Assembly: GCA_963794445.1 (NCBI GenBank) | Contig: CAWCDZ010000001.1 | Location: forward strand, 177,190 to 241,189 | Reading direction: 5' to 3' | Length of the DNA: 64,000 nucleotides | Source: an uncultured Gammaproteobacteria bacterium | GTDB taxonomy: Bacteria > Pseudomonadota > Gammaproteobacteria > Steroidobacterales > Steroidobacteraceae | Shown: positions 48,996 to 56,435 of the stretch, piece by piece | Position numbering within the stretch: position 1 is the stretch's first letter | Layout of the letters: each line of letters begins with the position of its first letter | Program-made: the position numbers and the translations under genes | The notes under the pieces: generated by a model | What the model was told of the DNA's origin: nothing | The model's database searches: none | The model's input: only the letters and a program-made list of their open reading frames with translations

Positions 48996-49310
48996 TCAGG
49001 CCGCCTGCGCGCTCAGCCGCATGCCGAATGCACCGACAATTTTCGTCACGGTCTCGAAACTCGGATTTCCGTCTGGAGAGAGCGCTTTGTAGAGTCCCGC
49101 TCGGGTGATGCCGGTATCTTTCGAGAGCTTCATCATGCCGCGCGCTCGAGCGACAACACCCAGGGTGTGAATCAGCATCTGCCGATCCATGGGCTCTTCG
49201 AATACCGCCTCGAGGTAGTTCTTGATATCGGCTTCGGTCTTCAGGTAATCCGCCGAATCGTAGGGCGCCACCTTGATCTTTCGGCGTTTGCTCTTGGCTG
49301 CCATGGTCAC
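48996..49310 (-). CDS. addiction-module antidote protein, HigA-like XRE HTH
   Basis: The 104-aa ORF ...YDSADYLKTEADIKNYLEAVFEE...GVVARARGMMKLSKDTGITRAGLYKALSPDGNPSFETV... is typical of the antidote partner of the RelE/ParE-fold killer family. Its start overlaps the toxin stop (GTGA). Confidence 0.85.
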   Translation of the reverse strand: MTMAAKSKRRKIKVAPYDSADYLKTEADIKNYLEAVFEEPMDRQMLIHTLGVVARARGMMKLSKDTGITRAGLYKALSPDGNPSFETVTKIVGAFGMRLSAQAA

Positions 49311-49630
49311 TCCTTCTTGGCCGGCTTTTTAACCGGTGGATTCAATTCTTTCCACATCGCGTGGGCGTTCTTGATGTCCGCATCCTGGCTGCCCTTGTCG
49401 CCGCCACACAGCAGCAGGTAGAGCGCCTTGCCGGCCCGCGCGTAGTACACGCGGTAACCAGGGCCGAAATCGATTCGCATCTCGCTCAGGCCCTCGCCAA
49501 TCGGTCCCACATCGCCAGGGTTGCCGTTAGCCAACCGGTCGATGCGCGCCTGAATTCTCGTACGGCCTTTGGAATCACGCAGTCCTTTGAGCCACACGTC
49601 GAAGGCATCCGTGCGCTTCACCTCGAACAT
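49307..49630 (-). CDS. addiction-module killer protein (RelE/ParE superfamily, HigB-like)
   Basis: MFEVKRTDAFDVWLKGLRD...RIDRLANGNPGDVGPIGEGLSEMRIDFGPGYRVYY...LLLCGGDKGSQDADI. ORF 49307..49708 trimmed to the ATG at 49630. Confidence 0.85.
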   Translation of the reverse strand: MFEVKRTDAFDVWLKGLRDSKGRTRIQARIDRLANGNPGDVGPIGEGLSEMRIDFGPGYRVYYARAGKALYLLLCGGDKGSQDADIKNAHAMWKELNPPVKKPAKKE

Positions 49631-49886
49631 GGAAGCACTGTATACCATAGGAGACACTCTGTAAACTGTAGGATACGCGCTGGACTTCTCAGAGCGGAGC
49701 CGCCGCAACAGACCAGGTACCTGATTCTTAAGGTGAAATGTGAAGGAGGTACCGCTCGGCGCATTCGCCTGTCATATCAACAATTGATCGATTGGGCGAT
49801 ATTGGTTTTTGTGCCATTTGTCGAAAAATATCTCGTGGCACAGCGACATCTTGCGTCGCCGCGTTCCGTTAGAATTCCGAATCATG

Positions 49887-49902
49887 CCCCCGCTACCAAT
49901 TC
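49887..49902 (+). repeat. direct repeat copy 2 (attR-like of island 1 / attL-like of island 2)
   Basis: CCCCCGCTACCAATTC. The preceding AATTCCGAATCATG resembles a diverged tRNA T-loop/3' half and is shared with copy 3. Confidence 0.85.
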
Positions 49903-50194
49903 CCAGAAAATCGTTTATTTATCAGTCACTTATTGGTGGCGTGATTTGAACTTTCGGCAATCTATATTGCGCGCCGTGATGGTCTTCGGTTGCAGCAGCA
50001 TGCCGCCGGCGGGCAGGCGAGAACGCTCCGCGGACCCACCGTAGTCATTCGCACAATCCTAATCCGCGATTTGGAAAGGTTCTAAATCCAAATACTCTGA
50101 CGGGATACCTTGTGCCCTTCAGCCAAACGTCGGGAGCGCGCAGATCAAATTGCACGGGAAGAGCAAGATCAAACGCTAGGTACCCGGTACACGG

Positions 50195-50651
50195 TTATTT
50201 TCTGATCGGGATAATTGTCTCGGCCGCGAACGCTGCCGTCACCCCGAAGCTCAACCGGCAAGTCGCCAAGCTCGGGCTCCAATCCTTGTACGAGAGATTG
50301 AGCCATAGGGCTGCTTTGGCTACGGCAATCGTTTTGCCGGAACGTGTTGCGGCGGTAAATTGGCGTGAATCCAGACGCAACGTGTCGCCGTCCAACACGA
50401 AGTACACGAGTTCGATGAAAGGTGCGGCGCGGCCTTGCTGATGCATACCCGGATTGACATCGTTCTCGCCCAAGCTTCGACCGTCAATTGAGTAGGACGA
50501 ACCGTCGATATAGTGCGTGCAGTCGGCCGTGCTCCGCGGGTGCAGCAAATCCAGGTGCCGTTGCATCGCACCCAGCCATCGAGAGCGCGAAGACAAGAAA
50601 ACTTGACTTGATGACGCGGCTGATAACTCCTCGCGATCTGTTCATGAACAT
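50195..50651 (-). CDS. hypothetical lipoprotein (one frame change near 50560)
   Basis: A signal peptide plus lipobox (MFMNRSRGVISRVIKSSFLVFALSMAGC) is in ORF 50484..50684. The mature part is in ORF 50195..50596. No family recognised. Confidence 0.45.
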
Positions 50652-50758
50652 AAAACGTTGCCCCTTGAATCGTTTGGGTATCACGGTGTTTATGCGGTTT
50701 ACGCATTGTCTTGATTCGCTAGTTCAAGTCCCAAGTCCACTCGACAGGGCGCCAAATT

Positions 50759-51618
50759 CTACCGACTATCGTCGAGCAGTGGATTGATAAACCCCGACAC
50801 CGCGGTGGTGAGTTGTTCCAGAGTCGTCCACGCAAGCTCATTCGCTCGTGCCATCTCGCGATAAGGGATCGACCAGTTCGCGGGTGGATCCGGAAGAGAC
50901 GACGGTATGGAATGAGTCGCGCGAAATTCAAACGTGCGTTCCAACGCTGAGCGCAGTCGCACTGCTTCGAGCGGCCGCGTGGTGGCGAGCAACGCGATGT
51001 CGGGAAGATCTTTGATGCGAGTATTGGGGCGCGCACGTGGCATCGTGTATGCATGCAGTTTCTCGGCGATGTGGGTCTCAATCGGATACAGCCGCACCAC
51101 CGGCGGTGCAATACCCGCGAACTCGAGCACATCGTCGGCGGCGACGGCTTCGGGCTCGCCCAGAATGGATCGCCAAAGGCGACATCAACGCCGAATGCTT
51201 GGCCGTATAGCTTGCCGGCCAATCGGCACTCGGCGCGAAATCTCAGGCCTTCGTACTTCATTCCATCGTTTTGGATTTTGGGCTGTTCCGTGTCGCGACT
51301 CACTTCGAAGGCCATGAAATCGCCGAGTACCTGCCGTCCAGCTTCCTGAAGATCTGCAAGTACGGTCTCCGGCGACCCGGTCAGCCGCAGGTCGATATCC
51401 TTGGTGGTCCGAGCGCGTTCCAGCCGAAGTTCAAGTACGAGCCCGCCTTTCAAGAGCACCGTGTCCCTCAGAACGGAGACGACGCGCGCCAAGAATCGGT
51501 CGAACACCAGTAGCTGTCGTCGGCGCGCAAAGTCGACACCGTTTTTGGATGCGGACCTCAGTCGTTGTTCCAGCGCCTCTTTGAAGGCTTGAGGAGAGTT
51601 GTACGTTCGTGCTGTCAT
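50759..51618 (-). CDS. abiEii: AbiEii/AbiGii-family nucleotidyltransferase toxin (DUF1814; one frame change near 51150)
   Basis: The N-terminal part (FKEALEQRLRS..., LLKGGLVLELRL...RTTKDIDL) is in ORF 50719..51618. The C-terminal part (YPIETHIAEKLHAY..., IKDLPDIALL) is in ORF 50759..51130. The start overlaps the abiEi stop (ATGA). Confidence 0.85.
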
Positions 51619-52199
51619 CCCCTAATTCCCCCAAAGGGCTTGAGAGTCTTTTCAACATCGGCAAGTTCCGCCTTCGTCACCAGCCCGCGGGCGAGGGCTT
51701 GCTTCGTAGCCTGGCGGAGCAGATCGGGAGAGAGGCCCGCGAGGGCGCAGTCGTTGAGCGTGCGGCGGGTGGAAGTCACGGGCACTGCGCCGTTCCATGA
51801 TCGATCTTGTCCCGGTACATCGGCGTAATGGAGCACGAGGCCTTTAGGGACGCGAAGCCGCCGTTGTCGCCATGTCAGCGGTAGGGTCAGATGAATTTGT
51901 GCCGGCAGCGTATCGGAAAGGCCTTGTAGCGAGAGCGCTGTTTGATGCGAAAGCACGCCCATTGCGTCGGTCCACAGCCACGCGGAGACTAACTCCTCCT
52001 GCTCGCCGGTCGGGAAATGAACCAGGCGATAAATTCCGCGGCGTATTCGCACGATGCGCCCAACCTTTTGATGGTGAGCTAGAAGCGGGTCCGAGTAGCC
52101 GGCGGCAGCCGCCTGACGGGTCGTGAATAGACCCTCTTGGGACGCGGCAATGTCGTAAAGCGCTTGCCAGTTGGGTTCGGCGACTGGGACTGAGTTCAT
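51615..52199 (-). CDS. abiEi: AbiEi-family type IV antitoxin / transcriptional regulator
   Basis: LYDIAASQEGLFTTRQAAAAGYS...LLAHHQKVGRIVRIRRGIYRL (N-terminal winged-helix-type AbiEi_4 pattern) plus a C-terminal domain. Trimmed to the ATG at 52199. Confidence 0.85.
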   Translation of the reverse strand: MNSVPVAEPNWQALYDIAASQEGLFTTRQAAAAGYSDPLLAHHQKVGRIVRIRRGIYRLVHFPTGEQEELVSAWLWTDAMGVLSHQTALSLQGLSDTLPAQIHLTLPLTWRQRRLRVPKGLVLHYADVPGQDRSWNGAVPVTSTRRTLNDCALAGLSPDLLRQATKQALARGLVTKAELADVEKTLKPFGGIRG

Positions 52200-52200
52200 A

Positions 52201-52231
52201 CACAAAACTTAAATTATATTGAAGTTTTGTG
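52201..52231 (-). promoter_or_regulatory. perfect 10-bp inverted repeat spanning a TATAAT box: candidate AbiEi operator/promoter
   Basis: The minus strand reads CACAAAACTT-CAATATAATTT-AAGTTTTGTG, ending 1 nt before the abiEi ATG. The spacer contains TATAAT. Confidence 0.6.
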
Positions 52232-52375
52232 CAAGTCTCTTGATTGGGATAAAAGTCGGACCTATCTATATTTTATAGCACTATCATACTTACCAGAACA
52301 TGTGGCTCAGTTAGTAGCCACTAAATCCTATAAAAAAATCTCCTGGCGGTTCCACTGGTTATAATTCCGATCATG

Positions 52376-52390
52376 CCCCCGCTACCAATT
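52376..52390 (+). repeat. direct repeat copy 3 (distal att-like site)
   Basis: CCCCCGCTACCAATT, preceded by AATTCCGATCATG. Confidence 0.8.
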
Positions 52391-52958
52391 AAAACAATAG
52401 GTTACAGAAAAACCTCCAAACTGGATTGACCTGGCGGTGACCAAATTGTGCCCTAAAAAGGCGCGGTTCTGGCTAAATCAAATAACGGCGGCTCATCGCG
52501 ATTCACCAGATCAATCCTGAATTCGCGAAGTGAATTCACTGGCGCTCATAGTCCCGTCGTCCCGCATTGGTCGCAAATTCAGCACCTTGCGATACGGGTG
52601 ATGCCCCCTTCTTCAGCGACGTCGCGGCGTGCGTGCGAGCGACTTGTCCATCGCAGTTGGCGAGGCAATCCTCATCGACGACCATCGGGTTCCTGCCCCG
52701 TACGCCGATGCGGGGAGCGTCAATTTATGTCGGCGAGTATGTGGGTCCACATCGTAAATTAGTTGTTGATAACTTTCCTCTGAGCACTCTGGCCTGGAAT
52801 CGACCGGAAATAGCGATGGACCAGCTTCGGCCAGAAAGCGTAAATGGCAGTACTGAGTTGACCGCCACATACCTGACATTCGCTGAGCAATGTAGACTCA
52901 CTGGCGGTAAGCGAAAGAGTTCCCACGCTGTGATGAACCTGCTGGAGAGAGTGCGATA

Positions 52959-53743
52959 GTGAGACAAGCAAGGAAGCCAAACTGGGATCGCGTTATTGCA
53001 GGCCTGCGGCAAGGCGTAGCCGCGGGAAACGCTCCAGCGATGACTGAGCTGGCGATTACCATTAATGACGGAATCCGTGAGGCAAACGGCCGGATTCTGA
53101 AGTAAGGCGCAACGCACCGTATGCGTTTCGTCTATTACGGCGGGCAGTCGAGAGCGGTGATGAAAGCGCTGCGGGTTCCCTGGGTTATGCCTATAACGTA
53201 GGAGCAAGGTACTAAGCGGAACGTCGCAGAAGCCATACGTTGGTACCGGCGGGCCGCAAGATCGGGGGACTCCACAGCAACGCCCAATTTGGCGACGGTA
53301 TATCGCGACGCTGGCAAAGCCGGGCTCGCGTTTCAATGGTGGAAACGAGCCGTCAACTTGCGCGATGGAGACGCTGCCGTCGATGTTGGCTACTGTTATC
53401 AATACGGCATTGGCACAAGAAAGAACACCGCGAACGCGAAGCGCTTTTTCAGACACGCAATTGAGTCCAAAGACATTTCCCATATGGCCGCGAAGAGGCG
53501 ATGTATCACCTTGCCGTTCAGTTCATCGATGAAGGGAAGCGGCAGATTGCGATTCCTCTATTGAAGCGGGCGGCGGCCGACGGCGATTTTTCCGAAGCGG
53601 CTTTGGTACTCAAACAACTAAACACGAACTCTGACTACGACCCGTGTCGCTGTAGGCGATTCATAAATAAGCAATTGCGCGGCCACACGAAATGCGCGCA
53701 GCATTCAGCGGCAAGGGTTGGAACAGGTCGATCGTTAAGATAA
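52959..53743 (+). pseudogene. Sel1-like repeat (SLR/TPR-type) protein, several frame changes
   Basis: Collinear fragments are GNAPAMTELAITINDG..., AFRLLRRAVESGDESAAGSLGYAYNVG, AIRWYRRAARSGDSTATPNLATVYRDAG, AFQWWKRAVNLRDGDAAVDVGYCYQYGIGTRKNTANAKRFFRHAIE and MYHLAVQFIDEGK...LLKRAAADGD. Together these give the classic Sel1 periodicity. The start is uncertain. Confidence 0.5.
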
Positions 53744-54203
53744 ATGGAATGCTGATGAGCGAATCGCGACGCAACGTTTGGAATATTTTGGCCTTTGCAT
53801 TGCAGGCGTGCGTATATATCTGTTTGAGGGGATTTGGATCTCCTATTGAGAACAATATGTTCGTCGCCACTCGCGCCGGATGCAACGGCGGGTCATGTCA
53901 TTTCTTACAATTGCCATGGCACCTTGGTTTTTATTTCTCGGACCCAAAATATTTTGCTCTACGGCCTGATCCCCGCGCTGGTTGGTGCAGGAGTTTGTGG
54001 AAGGGCTGCCCGCAAAAGGGCGGGGGCCACCAAGGGAACGGTGACAAATTGTCGGAGCATTTGGATTCTCCGTAGCGGTCGGCCCTGATCGTCAGCAGAG
54101 GGTCCGATCGCGGAAATTGTGATGTCCACTCGACGAGATGTTAGCGTCATGTCGACTTGCCGGGCCCAATCTGCTACTTCTGAGTCGTATTTATCCTTAA
54201 AGT

Positions 54204-54216
54204 AGGATATAATCCT
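54204..54216 (+). promoter_or_regulatory. AGGAT-ATA-ATCCT palindrome overlapping a perfect TATAAT (54208-54213) upstream of the Gp49-like toxin
   Basis: Seen directly, 24 nt upstream of the ATG at 54237. No good -35 element was found. Confidence 0.35.
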
Positions 54217-54236
54217 AAAACGGGGAAATTTGATCC

Positions 54237-54628
54237 ATGCGCCGAAGGTTGGCTCCCGGTGAGAAGCCGCTGTTTTGGATCGGTTCAAGCAAACGCGATT
54301 TGCTCGCAATGCCGGATCCCGTGGTTCGTCAGATCGGCGCTGCCTTGAGTGTTGCGCAGTATGGCGGCAAACACCCGGATGCTAAGCCTTGGAAAGGTCT
54401 CGGGCCTGGTGTCCTTGAGGTGGTGAGCGATTATAAGACGACACGTTTCGCGCAGGGTATGTGGTGCGATTTGAGCATGCGCTGTACGTCCTGCACTGTT
54501 TTCAGAAGAAATCGCCAAGTGGGACGCGCACGGCGAAGACGGATGTTGAAATGATTGAGCGACGCCTAAAGGCGGCGCAAGCAGATTACGAGGCGAGGTA
54601 TGACCAAGCAAGCCAAAAGCGCGAATAA
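54237..54628 (+). CDS. Gp49-like (phage-derived RelE/ParE-superfamily) toxin; one frame change near 54447
   Basis: KPLFWIGSSKRDLLAMPDPVVRQIGAALSVAQYGGKHPDAKPWKGLGPGVLEVVSDYK is followed, in the shifted frame, by DDTFRAGYVVRFEHALYVLHCFQKKSPSGTRTAKTDVEMIERRLKAA. The break is consistent with a missing G in AAGGAC. Confidence 0.8.
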
Positions 54629-54941
54629 AGTCGTGGCGGGTTCCGGGAATGTCTTTGCCGATCTCGGTCTTCCAGATGCCGCGGAGCTCGATACGAAGGT
54701 ACGGCTCGCGGTTGCGGTCAACCGCCTGCTGGAATCACGCCGGCTAACGCAGGCAGCCGCAGCCACTGCGCTATCCATCAATCAGCCCAAAATTTCCGCG
54801 CTCAAACACTACAAGCTTGAGGGGTTTTCAGTCGAACGGCTGATGACTTTTCTAACAGCCCTCGGCAGTGATATCGAAATCCGCGTTCATTTGCCGAAAC
54901 GATCTTCCTCACCCGGGAGAATTTTGGTCAATGCCGCCTGA
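54600..54941 (+). CDS. XRE-family HTH antitoxin partner of the Gp49-like toxin
   Basis: SGNVFADLGLPDAAELDTKVRLAVAVNRLLESRRLTQAAAATALSINQPKISALKHYKLEGFSVERLMTFLTALG. Overlaps the toxin 3' end. Confidence 0.85.
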   Translation: MTKQAKSANKVVAGSGNVFADLGLPDAAELDTKVRLAVAVNRLLESRRLTQAAAATALSINQPKISALKHYKLEGFSVERLMTFLTALGSDIEIRVHLPKRSSSPGRILVNAA

Positions 54942-55069
54942 GTGATTTTCGGCAAAATGCTGCATTGATTTGCTTTGTGCCCAGATCGTGTCCAAGACAA
55001 ATTGGGTGTGCCCCAATTGTGCCTTGAATAGGCGGGATAATGGGGTGGCAAGCGCTTTAAGCGACGCAA

Positions 55070-56238
55070 GTGGAATCTCCGGACTTCGAAGCCGGCAGGC
55101 CGCCTGCGGATCAGATTGCGAAGCCCGGGCGGGGACTCATCACCCTGAGCTGGTCGGCGCAGCCGCCGAACCACGCATGATGGGCTGTCGTCGAACGCTC
55201 GCAACTCGTCGAGGTCCATACGAGCGGCTGACACCGGAGGGCCTCGCGCCGACGAGCGCGCGCTTCGAGGATCGTCAGGTTCTCGCCGGCGCGAGCTACT
55301 ACTACCGGGTACGCGCCGTGACGCCGAGCGGAGAATTGGGGCCTGTCGGCTGACCCGGTCCGCGCTCAGGCGCTCAGCGCAGCCGCGTTGAGCGCGCCGC
55401 GGGACTGGCTGCCGAGGCGGGCATCAGCCAGATCAGCCGTGCGTTGGTCGCCCGTGCCGGGCCTCGCGCTGGCCGGCTACATCATCGAAAGACGGGGCGA
55501 CGCCTCGACGACGCGATGGGCTCGGTTGAACTCGCGCCTGCTTCCCGAGCCGCGCTATCTCGATGTGGTCGCGTCCGTCGCAGGGCGGCGGCTTCGACTA
55601 TCGTGTGACGGCCGTCGCGGCCGACGAAGGACAAAGCTGCCCCGAGCGCGGTGCTGCATGTCGCGCTGGTCGATTCGAGTACGCCGTCCGCTCCCATGTA
55701 TTGTCAGTGTCGGGCGCCGATGGGCGCGTGCAGATTCGCTTCGCGCCGGCCGAGCCCGTCGCCAAGACCATTCAAGTCGCGTTGCTGCGCTCGGAATCGC
55801 CGCAGGAGGAGGGCCTGGTCGTCGGCGCGCCGGTCGCGGCTGCCTCGGGAGTCATCGAAGATGATTGGGTGCGTGGTCGGCGAGGTCAATTGGTACCGTC
55901 TGGTCGCGTTCGACAAGAGCGGCCATCGCAGTCGACGACCGATGCCTATCAAATCCGTGTGGGCGCCGTAAATCTACCTACACCCAAAGGCGCCTAGCGT
56001 GAGTTACGCCGCCGATCCTGCGCCGCGGGTGACGTTGAAGTTCGACGCGCCGCCGTCGCATGTGCGGGTGCTGGTCGAGGTCGAAAGCGAGGACGGCCAT
56101 TGGAAAAAAGTCGTTGGTCCTTTGGATGGCTCATCGGCGCTCGATTTGAATCCGCCAGGAACTCACGCCATCTATCGAATCGTCTACCTCGGCGAGAGCG
56201 GCGGCGCGGGGGTGCCGTCCGCGCCGGCGCGCTGGTGA
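55070..56238 (+). pseudogene. 5'-truncated, multiply frame-broken gene of about four FN3-like modules
   Basis: Repeated module endings are ASYYYRVRAVTPSGELGP, GFDYRVTAVAADEGQS, VNWYRLVAFDKSGHRS and HAIYRIVYLGESGGAGVPS, with LITLSWSA-type beginnings scattered over three frames. No signal peptide or credible start was found. A stop lies immediately upstream of the first module. Confidence 0.55.
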
Positions 56239-56435
56239 ACGCGGTAATCGGCGTCATTTCGCGATGGCGACATAATACAGGCGATGTCGCTGACATAATT
56301 CCACAATCTCTTGCGACGGTGAACCAGCGCTCGGAACGCTGCGGCCTCGCCGCCGGCCGCATCACACATCGACAGTAGGGTTAACCCCTACACTTTTCGC
56401 GCCTGCAATGAAGCAGGCGATTGCGGAGTCAATGA

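Larger units (their letters stand above)
44108..49902. mobile_element. genomic island 1 integrated at the tRNA-fMet 3' end (serine recombinase, candidate defence cargo, TA pair)
   Basis: Bounded by the tRNA and direct repeat copy 2. The recombinase gene is next to the tRNA. The cargo is unrelated to the flanking housekeeping genes. GC is lower in places (a few hand-counted 60-nt lines in 46.2-46.8 kb give about 48-55 percent, against about 63-75 percent in core lines). Confidence 0.75.
49903..52390. mobile_element. islet 2 (AbiE module + lipoprotein; no recombinase) between direct repeat copies 2 and 3
   Basis: Flanked by copies 2 and 3, which share about 30 bp (AATTCCGA(A)TCATGCCCCCGCTACCAATT). 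An AT-rich stretch lies at 52206-52370. Confidence 0.65.

Noticed and set aside
48645-49421. A 258-aa plus-strand ORF spanning the gap between gene C and the HigBA-like pair.
   Set aside because: Most of it is antisense to the well-supported antidote and killer genes. It has no motifs and low-complexity composition.
52725-53483. A 252-aa minus-strand ORF, and the 52567..52959 plus-strand ORF.
   Set aside because: The first is antisense to the Sel1-repeat fragments, whose periodic motifs are convincing. The second has no SD, no motifs, odd composition and overlapping competing ORFs. The region is left unannotated.
53692-54309. Overlapping ORFs 53692..54075 (+), 53834..54088 (+) and 53959..54309 (-).
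   Set aside because: They are mutually exclusive, none has recognisable motifs, and Cys/Trp/Arg-rich translations suggest non-coding or decayed DNA. Only a possible 2-TM peptide (about 53896-54088, needing a frame change) looked protein-like, which is too weak to call.
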